From: Phoronis australis
Taxonomy: Eukaryota; Animalia; Phoronida
Length of the DNA stretch: 64,000 nucleotides
Direction: 5' to 3'
Assembly (NCBI GenBank): GCA_002633005.1
Contig: NMRA01000646.1
Coordinates: forward strand, 124,001-188,000
The notes beneath the pieces are model-generated. The model had not been told where the DNA came from, did not search any database, and worked only from the letters and a program-made list of their open reading frames with translations. The position numbers and the translations under genes are program-made. Of the stretch, positions 1 to 13,800 are shown piece by piece; the first letter of the stretch is position 1; each line of letters opens with the position of its first letter.

Positions 1-1637
1 GTGTAAATGTGTTCAGTTAAACAGTGGGTTTACGAAGAAGTGAATGGCCAAACCTGAAATGATAAGCGATTTATGGACGTATGCTACAGTTTATTCTGTT
101 CATAATGGCTTAAATACGCTGTCGTCCATTATCAGATCTAAAGTTATATTTTGTATGTATTTCGTTGCAGAAAGCAACGAAATCATGCTCTAAGGAGCCT
201 CAGATGAAAGTAAAATCGTTTAGAAAAGGTCTTAAAATTTGTATGACGTCAATGAAAACGAAAAAAACCAACAGCTGATGATATGGCTTAAAACTGTGTG
301 CATGGAAATAGAGTGATACGTAACGATGTGTTTACATGTTATCACCATGGCAACAGCACGTTTTTCAACGTTGTCAAGGGTTGTGCCAAATTCCATCTTA
401 TGCCTACCCACCAGTCAAAATTAATTAGTCAACTGCGTGCCTTTCATTAAACTTTAATGATACCCACATGATAAAGTATCTTCCACTTAATTTCAAGATA
501 GAGTATCTAAAAATATATAAACATGTAACTCGTTTTAGAAAAAAAATCACAGGTTATCTCGTTTAGTGCATGACTTCTAATTAGAAAGGACGAAAATTCC
601 ACGATTCTGGCATATTATCCCCGTTACCTTGTGACCATACAACAAAAATAACACTTCGAGTGGTACAGAGTGCAGACGATCATGTTCTCGTCTGCTCATA
701 AAATGAGTAAAATTGCGTGGTAACTAGGGTCAAAGATTACCAAGTATTAAATTGGATCAATTTAATGAGAGTTGAGTGCAGTGGATGAACGATGGATCAA
801 TGGGTAATAACCCAAGGGGTTATGTAAATCTTTATGCAATGTGTTAATGGCAATAATATCTTTTAATGAATGACTTGACATCTCTGGATGTGAAGACAGG
901 TTAATTTCTCCCCCTACTTACCGTGTTTGTGTATCCTAGGTCCGCGTGCCACCCTTTTTGGTGTGGAACTTTGCTCTCCAGGTGTTGAAACAAATTGAGC
1001 AATGACAAGCACGACTTAGATAAAAGTATTCTAAAAAATAATTAGCATTTAATTAATAATCTATTTATTTAATTAAGTTTTTATGCTGTTGATACCATAT
1101 GTCAGTCAAATGTGTGAATAGTATGTAATGATTACCTTCTTGTATTTTCTATTGCTTACTTGTATTTTATTGTATTGTATTGTATTGTACACTACGCTGG
1201 CTTTCAATTATGCGGCTTTTGCTTTTGAGAATCTCCGGCTTCTATGTACATCCAACTCTGTTTTTATTGTGTTTTACTTATTGCTATATAAATTAATAAA
1301 CGTGTAATCTCTCATTAATTTATACTGCTGTCTTTTTAGCTTTGAATTAATGTACTTAGTTAAATAATAGCTTACGGTTCAAAATTCGTATATTCTTTTG
1401 ATAAAAAAATTAGAAAGTGACACTACATTTTTTGCATATTTATTTATTTAATGAAAATCCATGTCTGTAATGTGTCGATCAATTCCTTTCAAAAAGTTGC
1501 TTCTTCAACCTTCTGGGGTCGACTTCATAAAAAAGAAAATATTTCGTGTCTTCCGTTTGATTTTTCAAAATAGAAAATCAATTTTTGATAAGCCATAAGA
1601 AGAAAATTTAATCGTTTGTTTTTTTTTGTTAATTCAG

Positions 1638-1898
1638 ACCAATGGATCAGGTACAAGAAGAGCGAATACTTGTTTGTAAACCAGAAATCCACGTGGCGGG
1701 ACGCCCAAAGGTTCTGTTACAATAAAGGCGCTAATCTCGCTACGTTTGAGGACGCAAACGAGAATGCTTACATTGTGAAGGAAGTGAAGAGGCAGTTCCC
1801 CTCCGAGAACGACATGTACAACTTGTGGATGGGTCTTGACGATCAGGATGATGAAGGCAAATTTGTCAACATCCGGGGAGTTTCGCCATCATTCCAAG
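1638..1898 (+). CDS. Gene 1 exon: C-type lectin, N-half
   Basis: ttcag|AC..CAAG|gtatgt; [17 protein letters not shown]. Confidence 0.88.
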
Positions 1899-4800
1899 GT
1901 ATGTCCGATGGCGCTTGTTAAATTTTGTTTCATACTTGAACGATCGTATTTAAGTCAAAAATGTCTCCACTTTGTGCCAACTATTTCAACCATTTCCACT
2001 GTTTTATTTAAAGACATTTTAATTTCAGGGCCAAACAAACACAATTAAATTGAAAATTGTTGTTCATGGTCCGGCTTCAAACTCACTCTCGTCGTTTTAG
2101 GTGACGCATCTGACGAATCTAGGACGTCCTAAGAAAGGGGGAGGGGGCGGGGGCACTACAGCCTTCGAAGGACAAATATCCACGTAGCCCCTAAAATTGT
2201 CATGTCCACGGGACCGTAGGGGGAAGGCCCTGTCGCCCTCTTAGTCTGCTTATACTCAAGTTGCGATAATGAGGAACGCTTCCGCCAATGTAATAACAAT
2301 ATACTTCAGAGCTAATCCTTTCTGCTTGTTTAAAAAATAGTATTCTTTTTACAAATTGTGTTTGGTGACCGCTCAGACCAATTTTAAAACACTTTACCGC
2401 CAGGTTCAGTTTTATCCATTTTACGAGCATCTTTTTTCTATTTTTGTCTTCAACTTGAGCAACGTAATAATTCCATGCTCAGTTTTGTGCAGCCAATTGT
2501 TTTGAAAAATTTACACTTTTTTAACACACAATGAACAAAGAAAAATCTACATAGATAAGAACTTGGGTAGAAAATATGATACAGTAAGTCTTATAACAGA
2601 AACAATTTTACCTATTCTGTTATCAAAATGCTAACACGTAAATACTGAAAACATAATTTTAGATCCTTCGTTTATTTGCAAAGTAATTGAACGATAAGTT
2701 GGTGACGTGTTTAAACAATTTGCTTCCACAAGTTATTGACTTTCACACCTTTGTCGCGACATCAAACGTCTCAAAGTGTGAATGTCAGTCTCACTTCAAT
2801 TGTCAAAAACATGATTTTCGTCTCTTAAGAGTTTTAGTTTCCTGGAATTAAATAAAAGATAACATTCCTTGCACTTTAATTATCAGTCAAAGTCATTGAC
2901 TTTCGGCAGCAAATACACTTGAACAGATAACAAAAAACAATTAAGTCCTTTTTTGTTGAACTGTCCGTGATCTACAGTATATACAACTGCATATAAAACA
3001 AATTTGAATACATTATAATGGCACATATCAGGGTTCAAAGTATTGCAACCAAGACAATTCATAGAACGTAAGAAAAATCGATAGTCCCGTTTTTAGTCAC
3101 GAGATCACTCACGAAAGCCAAATGATAAAAAAATATATAAAAAGCACCTTATTCTGCAGCAATCCTCATTAATTTCTTACAAAATAGATATTAGTTTCTT
3201 ACACCTTCCATTATTTTAGCACTGCGATCTTTAGTCTCGACCCTAGGCCCATATTTGCCATGATATACCTACGGCTAACTTCTAATTAAAAATTAATTGG
3301 ACGTTTCACCCATCTCGAAAACTTGCACTTTTGCCTTTCCTTGTTTCGCGGTCAGGGAATAATTTCTCTGCTGCTGATAAAAAGTGCGCGGTTCACTTGA
3401 ATGTTTTTAAATCCGTACCTACGAGCGAAACAGCTTTCATTCGCCTATTTTGCAGCTTGGCGAAGCGGTCAGCCTGACAACGCCAACAACTATGAAGACT
3501 GCGTTCAGCTGGATGTCCGGGATGGAACATGGAATGACTACCCTTGTTTCAGCCGCCTGTCCTTTATTTGTGAGAAGACAGGTACGTTTACCGGTCACGG
3601 CGCGACTCGGTGGCATCCCTGAGTCTATGGTCAGTAAGACAATTTGGGAAATGAGTGAAGTTGACTTTGACTTTTTAAATACTGTCTTCCACTGTTTTCC
3701 GTGGACTGACACGCACCTGGACCGGCTGTCTGTACAGTAGTAATTTCTCTAGATCGTATAATTTCACGTGTACCTATTATTGTCTATACTTATTATTTTC
3801 GCGGGTCTAATGCTTGTGACCACTTAATTTTTATTTACCCTTCAGTATAGCTGGGTGTTGTCCTCCATCTTTAGCTCAAGTTTCATTTTTTTCTCCATGT
3901 TTCTGTTAACTTTATTGTCGTAGAAATAACCCAACTGGTTAATGTTAACCTCATATTCTTCAAATATTCTTAATTTATTCTTGATTCTTGAAAAACTGGC
4001 TCTAACTCAGTTCACGAAAATTCGTTATTTGCTATAAAAGAATCCAATTTTTCGTACATTTTGGAACTGACAAGTCACTTTTTAATGTCATGTATAATAC
4101 GTAGCTATACAGTTTATTGTTTAAGTTCATAGATCAATTATCATTTTGTATTTTTAGAATTAGTTACTAGCTCGGGAGTTTATTTTCATCTCATTTTTTC
4201 GCCATTAGTTTTGTATCATAGTTTATTATGATGCACTTTACACAGCCTGTGTCTGCAAACTCAGAGTTGATCATGTCGTACGTATCATACCCTGGCAGAA
4301 TTCGAGATGCGAAAGATGATTTTTTCTCATTTTTCATTAGTTAGTTTACCCCTATGATGACTCAGTCGCCCGCTAAGACGGTCGCTTCATCATTGCGTTT
4401 GCAGTTGAGATTTATCTCACCATAATGAATTTTGCCCGGCGCAGGAAAATCCCGGCGACACCACTTTTTGTAATACTTTCAATAGTGTGACCAAATATCT
4501 GTGAAAAATATTACTAGTTTTATGATAAAAGTTGCAAGCCAATCAGACAGAGCGGTGGACATGCTATGTTTCGAAATTGTGTAGTTTATCAAAGACATTG
4601 TATTTGCATAATGTTTTTAGGATGTACCTCCCAACCTGCTGACGTTGTCTTTGTGTTGGACTCGTCCGGAAGTGTCGGCCCCGTTAACTTTCGAAAACAG
4701 CTTGAGTTCGTGAAGAGCATGGTCGAGCAATTCGAAATTGGCATAGACAAAACGAGGATCGGTGTTATTACGTTTCGTAACTGGCCTAACGCTGAATTCC

Positions 4801-7800
4801 ATCTGAACAAGTACTGGACCCGCACCGAGATCACCAAAGCCATCGACAGCATCTCGTACAGAGATGGCGCCACAAACACAGGCGCCGCTCTGCATTACAT
4901 GCGAGAACAGAGCTTTGCTGTACTGAACGGTGCTCGCAAAAACGTCGTCAAAATCGGTATCGTTTTGACTGACGGCCGGTCAACAATCCCCTACGAGACT
5001 GAGAAACACGCCCGGCTCGCCCAAAATGCGGGAATCAACATGTTCGCCATCGGAATCGGCAGCGAAATCAACCGCCGAGAACTTCAGTTCATTGCGTCTG
5101 GCGACGGCGACCAAAATGTCTTTGAAGTCGACGGGTTTGACGCATTACAAGGCATCAAGTCAATTTTGGCGTCTAAAGCTTGTAATGGTATGCTTTCCTC
5201 GATTAGATTTGATTAAATTTTTATAAGTAACGTATACTGCAATCTTATCCATCCACACGTTTTGAAAAATAAGTCATTGAACACGTGGTGACTGCCAAAC
5301 GTCTGAGTGAATGTGACAAGTCACCATCGTCTCTGCTGGCCAGCTAGCAGAGACGATGGTCATTGTTTAGACTGAATGTAGTCACTTACTCTGTATTAAG
5401 TTTCTCGGACTTAGGCCCTAGGGCTGAATTTATGGAAAGCTTACTTATTAAATTCTGGCAACCATGTTGTTAATATTGTAGTTATTTCAAAGCAACCGAA
5501 AGTCATTAAGTCTGAAAATGCATTTTCAAAATATTGAGGTTGGACGATATGATGAACTATTACATGCAATGCAGGAAGTTGATCATATGCCTCTTATATA
5601 TTGAAATTTGATTATTCGTGGTTCTTGCATGGGTGGCAAAACAGTTGATCACTAATTTTGAAAGTTAATGGTGTACACTATTGGGGTATAAAAATAATCC
5701 TATGCGATGAATATTTAATTGTTATTCAAAAATATTATATAACATTGAATGGTAATTTGATCAATGATATTAATGGTGTCAGGGACGTTGATGACAAGTG
5801 ACTTCAGATGGTGCTAATCACCTCTAGAATGATTAGTTGTTTCATCTTATGCACGGCACCCATTTGGCAAGTGGGCCAGCTAAGAGAACTCATTAAAGTA
5901 GACAACGACACAAAAGTCCACTAAACAGGCAGGAACTATCAAAAGTCGATGAATACGCAATTTAAAGCTCTGAACATACCCCGTGAATCTTAGTAAAAGG
6001 TCCACATTATCAAAAATTCGGGTCCTCCCGTTTTTTAAGCTGGGTGTGCATGCTTTTATCCCTGATGCTAATTATCTAAAAACTATCGCCCCCAATTTTA
6101 TTTGTTCTTCAGGTCAAAACTTATTCCAAAGTACAATGTACTTTTTGTATTCACGTTGATGTTCTTATAAAAAGTGTAATCATTCTCTAGCTCCAGTGAA
6201 ACCACCAACGGCGGCACCCCCACCACAGCCAACGAGACGAACAACAAGAACAACACGAGCTACAACTAAGCAGGCACCAACTCTTGTTCCAAAACCTACT
6301 ACACCAGCACCGTGGGTCACCAAAAAACCCTTCAAGGTTGTCCCTATATCTGACAAGTCGGACAACAGAGGGAAGAAGTTCATTTTTGGTTTTGCGGAAA
6401 ACTTTGCTGGCGGTATGTTCTCATTGGTACCATTTTTCTAATGTTTAAGACATTGCATTTGTTATCTTTTCAATTTGGCTCATTCTTCATGTAAAAGATC
6501 TGTTCTCTAGACCATGTGTATATCAAAATTATCTTTTTACAATTCGTTGTGGTTTGTTTTTTGCAATAATTTCATTAAAAAAAACTTGATTGCTTTTACA
6601 TGATTAATCGTTGAATTTTACCTCATTAATATAAATACGCTTTGGTTTATGTGTCAAAACTTTCAACTGATGAACACATTTTTCTGAATTCCTTTTTTTG
6701 ACTGAAATGTTTATGTCATTTCCAGTAGTGTTAAAGTAATTTTGATTGCAGTGCTAACACGTTGAGAGAAAATATAGAAGGCTCTTTATGACTTGCTTGT
6801 TCTGTGATACGAGATTAATAGATTTTTATTTGTGGTTCCTACTTCAGGTGACGGTAGTGAGGTGATGGTTGTAAATCTGGAGAAGACTCCTGTACGGGTT
6901 ACTGTCTACTCTCCGAAGTACAAGTCACCTCAGCTGTTGGAGTCTTTCACACTTGAAGCCGGTGCCTGGCAAACAGTGGATGTTCACTCCAAACTCAGAC
7001 AATATGGTGGGTGTGGGTCATAATGCCTAACACAATAATTCCAATGCAATGTATACTGATAGAAAGAAGTTTCTGTATGCAACTCTATTCAGTGTCTCCA
7101 ACATCAAACTGATGATGGAACGCATGAGTGTCGTGCTTTTCTTTCTGCTTCCAATTGAAAATTTTGCTTGTCAATATTTTTGCACAGTGTAATAAGCTTT
7201 GTTCTGAGCATCAACTCTGTGAGCTATATATATCGCTGGTGGCATCAGAACACAACGTAGAAATCCCAGCCCTTTCTACATGATGAGTCGCGCATTTTCA
7301 GGCGATCCAATAGTAGATTGAAGGTAAGGATTAGATCTATCGTGACGGACGTCATTACAACTCATCCATTCCTGAACCGGTCATTGAGAGACTGATGTAG
7401 TGTTATGACACATGAGTGATTTCAGACAATACTGTCTTCCTGTCACTGTGGCACTTGAACACAAATTTTAGTTGACTTTTGTCCAATGAGTAAATGACAG
7501 TGTAGCTGTTTATGTTTGTTCTTTTGCATCGTTTTCAGTCAGCCGTGACTCAGTATTTGTGGAAGTAAAATCAGTTTCAGTGAAAACTGTCCTAAGAAAA
7601 ACATTGAAACACTTGCAAAATTCCTCAAGCAGGGCGGTAGACTTGCTTAGTGTGAGCAGTGATATTAAAGGACAGTTTGTGTTGCAATGGGCCTGTAGAA
7701 GGCCTAACTAACCTGTCAACCTTTCTGTTTTGCAAACTTTATTTCACATAATTCTACCACCACTATCCTGAAGTTATTAATTAAAGATCTGTAGAGTAAG

Positions 7801-10800
7801 AGAATATCATTAGCTAGTGGACTTATCAAACATTCCTTATACTGTCTACATACTTGAATCAAATTTGTTTTCTATTGTGACTCATCTTTAATATTGGTGA
7901 AGATCGGAGGCATTGTGCTTGGTAAGAATTTACTTTGCTCTTTATGTGAATGCTTCAATTAATAATTTTAAGTTTTATTTTTCCTTACCTTTGGATTCCC
8001 CATAGGGACGGGTCTCGAACACAAAGCCGTTGTTGTTGAGTCAAGTGGTGAGGTTGCTGTGTTTGGTGCAAACAAAGAGCACAACTCTGGCGACGGTTTC
8101 ATGGCTATACCCATTGACATGCTTGGTAGTGAGTACCGCGTGGCCACGTGGACGCCATCTAGTGTTGACATGTCGCAGATTACGATCGCTGGTGCATACG
8201 ACAACACTAGAGTACGTGTAACTCTGCGTGGCCTGAAGCCAGGAGAGTATGTCGAGTATGGTGGAAAGCGATATTTCAACAATCAGGTCATCACGTTCAA
8301 GTTTGACGAATATGATAGTTTCCAGGTGAGAGTGAGAGTTTGTGGTCCATACATCCATTCAACAACGGCAAACGCTTCACATGTAATAAGAGTATAGAGT
8401 GAGATTTGTCGCACTTGGCTATCATGCAAATCTGATCTTGTGCACTTTACTTGTTGTGAGAAAAAGGAGTTTTTCAGTACCTGATAAACCATTTTTCACA
8501 ATTACATTTTCTCCGCAAATGTTAGGATGAATATCAAGCAATGGGCTTGCTAGTTGTGGTCCAAGAAAACTGACTTAGCTTAGACAAATCTTAAATTTCA
8601 ACCAATTTTAAGATAAAACTTATTTTTCTCGAGTCGTTTCAAGAAATAGGTTCTAAGTTTAATTTGATGTTTTGACTTCTGTTCTGTCTTAATATTTTAC
8701 CAACTTACCGCATGTCGAAGTTTCACAAAGTATGGAAGTTAAGACAAAGCTTAGACTTAAGTAAAAAATGAACTTAGGTCAGTGTATTGGAACAGGTCTT
8801 CAAGCATGATCTGTCTGAAAATGTAGGTGGGAGGTTTTATTGATGTCTTCCAACTGACTTACTGTCATCTGATTTGTCAATAAGTTAATATGTGGTACAG
8901 AAACTATTAAAAAGTAAACATGTGTAAGTATGGAGATAGATTATTAATACAGTATACTGATGAAAGCTAATCTGCGTGGTAGGCTCATAGTAAAGCAAGT
9001 TAAAACTGTAATCATGAATAAAATGAAAATCTTATATGAAACATTTTGACCGGCAATCCGCCATCTTGACCACTCTCTAGGTTGTGTTGTCGTCGTCTGG
9101 ATGAGTCTAAGTTTGTTTTTATGAGGTGGTTGTAAATGCGGGCAGTTGGTATCGTTCACCATCTCTGTCCAGGCTCGATTCATACCAGGCTATCTGTATG
9201 TTAATTGTTCAAGAAAAATGAGCTCATGATATAATTAAAATATTTTGCTTGTCATTTTTTAGATTCAAAGCACTGGGGATCTTACCGGGACTTACATCAC
9301 CGCTGACAAACCTGTTGCTGTACTGAGTGCTAACAAGTATGCAAAGGTTGGACCGGGCTCTGCAAATGACCGAGATCACATCGTGGAAATGATCCCTCCT
9401 TTGTCTAAGTGGGGCAGTACATTTGTCACGCACCCGACCTTTGTGAAAAACACCTACAAGATCGTGGCCAGCAAGGACAACACTGAAATTGAGTTCAACC
9501 ATGGTCTTGGCAGAGTGAAACTTGCGAAGGCGGGCGACTTCCACGAGATAGAAATTCCGTCCAATAAAGCAGTCATGATTCAGTCAACAGAACCCACCAT
9601 GGTCACTCAGTTTGTGAAAAGTCCTGAGACCCCGCTGGAGAAGCAGATTCCGTCTATGACTGTCCTGACCCCTGTCAGACAGTTCAACAACCACTACACG
9701 TTCGCTGTTCCTAAAGGAATCGCTGGCCCTTACACCAATTACCTCAGTATTGTCATCCGTAAGTCTGATCGCGACCGCTTGGTCTTGGATGGGAAACCAA
9801 TCTCTTCTGTGCCTATCAAATGGACTGAGGTTCCAGGCTCACAGTTCATGACGGCAAGCCTCCCCATCACATATGGGTCACACGTCCTATACCACGAGAA
9901 TCCAACGGTTAATTTCGGGGCCTATGTTTCTGGCATAGCCGGCAGAGAGTCCTATGGATACCCTGTTGGGTCAAGGCTTTCTGATCTGAGTGGAGTAAGT
10001 AATGTATGACTTAGATGTTTTCTCTTTTGACTCAAATTCAAGTTTAGTATACTTGAGTTCATGCTGGGAAACGATGTGAGACAAAGGTCACAAGTCAGCT
10101 ATGGAATTTTTTATTATTACTCTTTCTTTTTTATGTGCAGAATGGATAAGTTGCACTGGGCAATTGTTTTCTGCTCGCTGGTTCCCTGGGTGCCGCTAGG
10201 TCGGGTAGCCAGCACACAGGTATAACTTAATTTTCCTCGGGAAATTTTTATATGCCGGAGTTTCTGATTGGCTGGTCGAATTCTCAACAGGCAGCGCTTT
10301 ACTCAAACAAACTGGCATGACTGATGGAGGAAGTGTAAATGTGGTCTGTTGTAAAGGCAAATCTGTGCTTAAAATTTATTTTTCAAGAAATGTGGATCCC
10401 AGAAAATTTTGGTTGCACCTTTTCGGAGTGCATCTTTCTACTGTCACGGGCTTTTGTTTACGTTACTGTCCTGTATTCATACAGTAGGAATAACACACTA
10501 GTTAGACCGGCCAGAGTATGGCGTGTTTATTGCACATGTGTGTGCTTCAAGCACGCAGCCATTAAACATTACTGCAGAAACAAAATAGTTGCTGCCACAC
10601 CACTTTTTTCTCACTTTGTTGTAAAGCTAACCAATGACTACCGAAGTTACATCAACCAATGATAAAGCGCGTGCTACTGCCTGCTACCTGCGTGCTGACT
10701 CGGCACGCAGAGAATCAACGAGTTGTTTTCTGTTGCAAAATTGCTAACTGTCTGACTGCACATCTTGTGCCTAGCATCAGGCGCACTCCTCAACAAACTG

Positions 10801-13800
10801 GTTCTCAGAATGTGGGCATGTTGTATCCAGTATTGCCTCTATGTCTGTGTGTACTTGGAAGATCTGGTTCATTTCAAAATGATTCAATACTCTGTTGCAC
10901 AGGTTTGCAGGAAGACAAAGGTCGTTGTTAATGACGGGATTGATAATGACTGTGATGGCAGGGTGGATGAAGAATTGGTCAACAATATAGGTAAAGAACA
11001 AACAATGAATTGACTTGTCCAGTATTCAATACTTCCCCACTGAGCAGTGTGCAAAAATGATTATTTTACATTGTTGTTTAGTTCACAATGCCGCATTTTG
11101 GCATTAATTTTACAACGCAAACTTGAAAGCGCACGTTTTCTAAACATGCAGAACTATTTGTAATAGTAACTTTAATAATTACTTCATTTATTTGAACAAG
11201 AAGCCACTGGCTCACAGTTCACAATAGTATATACAAACTTTATACATGTGTACATAGCTATTAATGATTTAAAATTTTGTTTCTGATCATCATTCCCCTT
11301 TGTATACTCATTGAAATGTTTTTGAAAGTGTTTGCTGTTCGGGAGTTAGAAAGAGGCCTGATATCGTGGCAGGCGTGGTATAAATCTATTTCTCAAATCT
11401 ACCACTACAGGACAACATGAAATGCTCGTCTGTCTCTAACTTTCCTGTAGTACAAATGTTACAAGTTGTTTCACTTCGGGCAATACCATTTCTCCTGCCA
11501 TTTTCAGTTTTTAATGTACGAGTTCAACATCTAATGTTCGCTTTCTAATGTAAAACATCTGCTACTGGGTCATCTTCCCACACTTGGCAAGTCAGACATA
11601 ACCATTTGTAGTTTGGACGCAACACTTCCTTTTCAAGCATAATGGCGAATTTGTGCAAGTATTGAATACACAGGTGATCATGTATTGGTCAACGATATGG
11701 CAATCAATTAATGAATATACTCATCTAGGTGTACGTGGTCAAGAATTTAAGTTATTAATTGAAAATATACTCACAAACACGTAGGAGTTGCTGCGTAAAG
11801 AAAAGTATTTTATATCTACCTTCGACGTGGTGAGAATCCATTCTTGGCACAGTTACCATGGGTAGCAACAAATCCATATAAAACATGTTTTGATTAACAT
11901 AATTATATTCATAATTGTCTTCATGTCCATTAACTTCTCTTGTAAACTGGGATTGGTCAATGTGGCAACTGTGGTTTTCCCATTGTAGATGATGATGGCG
12001 ACGGCTTGGTTGACGAGGACACTGCAAAGGGCATATCAAGTAAGTTTAAATTGAGTTATGGAATCTGTGTTAACAATAATACCTCAAGTTACGTGGGACA
12101 AATTTGAGATTGAAAGTTTGACATACTGGCTAGTATTCCCTTGATTTTACTTGTGTGTTTTAGTTAGTAAACTCCTACAGCTGAACTTTTGTGTCGTTTG
12201 GCACAATTAAGGTAAATGAGATGCTGAGTGGACGGGTGTGTAACTTTGATGGAGGTTTTGTAGTGATAAATCTAAAACGAAAATTATTGGTTCTATTTTT
12301 TTAGTACTTGCTTGTGTTTTGTATTGATGCTACAAGATTCGTTGTTGTGTTGTAATTAATAACTTCCCGACTTTTCACGGACCTCGAGAAATTGAAATGG
12401 ACCCAAAAAATTTTGAAAATTTGGTCTATTGGAACGAAATTTTAGGAAGCGAGGGGTAGACACAGGTAAGTATCTGTAACTTTTTGTTGTAAATAACTCA
12501 CTGTCTAATTACGTATTTTGTTTTAATTTTAGCCTCTGGTCCACCCATCCCAAGTCCAGGTAATTTGTTCGTTGATATTTTGTTTGAAAACATAGTGTAC
12601 TTTTAAAATTATGTACTTTACTATGGTTTTTCGTAACCCTCATGGTCTAAAAGGTTAATAAAATTGCAATAGTTTACATTTAATTTGGAAACTCAAGGAA
12701 TCATCTCCTCTCTGAAAAATTTAGGACACGGTTACAGTTGTGTTGTTGTACATTTTTCTTTCCCATAATTCACTGTTACACGAGTTTTAAATTTCTCTCC
12801 CAGGTTGTGATATGGAAGCTGAGATCATGTTCCTTGTCGATTCAACCGTTGGTGAAGACAACTTCAAAACGCAAATGTCCTTTGTCAGTGAGGTCGTACG
12901 TGGTTACCGTGTGGCGAGTAACAAAGTACGCGTTGGCGTCATCCGCTACTCGCGAGTGCCAGATGTTCTACTCAACATTGACGACTTGACGGGAAAATCC
13001 AGCGTTCTCAAAGCCATCTCTAATGTCCAATACAACAACAAAGGTGGCACTAATACTGCATATGCACTGCGCGTAGCTCGTGAACAGTTCTTGGCTAAAG
13101 CGCGTCCTGGGGTAAAAAAAATCGCAGTTGTCCTCACAGACGGCCAATCAATGAACACAGATGCTACAAAGATTGAAGCAGAACTGGCTAAAAAAGCGGG
13201 AATGTCCGTTTTCGCTGTTGGCGTTGGAGACAGAGTTAACAGAGAAGAGCTGAAATCGATAGCGTCAGATCCTGACAGTGAACACGTGTTCTCGGCAACC
13301 AATTTCAACGCCTTGCAAGGAATTGAAGACCAGCTAACTAAAGCTACCTGTGACGCCAAACTTCCCACCATCAGCCCTCCTCTGCCAAAAGTATCAAGTG
13401 AGAATCTGACAATAAAACTTGGTATTGAACTGCTGTTTAATGGATGTGTTAATTGTAATTAAAATAGAAATTTCCTGACTCTTAAACTGTTATTTAAACG
13501 ATGTGCAAGAACAGAGCAAAATGGGCAACAGGTACAGAACTGAGGCTTTTTTTGAGAAATTTGAGAATTTAAAACCCTGGTCTGATGCTATATTCTTACG
13601 TAATCTTGTTCTTTTCATTCTTCTACATGTTCTGTTACAGTGAGTCCTTGATGACCTTTCAACTTGCAGGAAGAATGACCTTTTATCCATGTGACCTCTC
13701 ACCTCTGTTTGTTTCAGCTTGCAAGGCCCAGGCAGACATTATGTTTGTTCTTGATGCGTCAGGCAGTGTTGGACCAGAGAACTTTGCTAAGCAACTTGAC

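Noticed and set aside
940-981. Possible upstream exon (tag|gtccgc..ccag|gt)
   Set aside because: Weak donor, no start codon or signal peptide, no motif support
2109-2140. ctgacga..palindrome..gaaa resembling a hammerhead core
   Set aside because: No stem III or NUH site and no stem I
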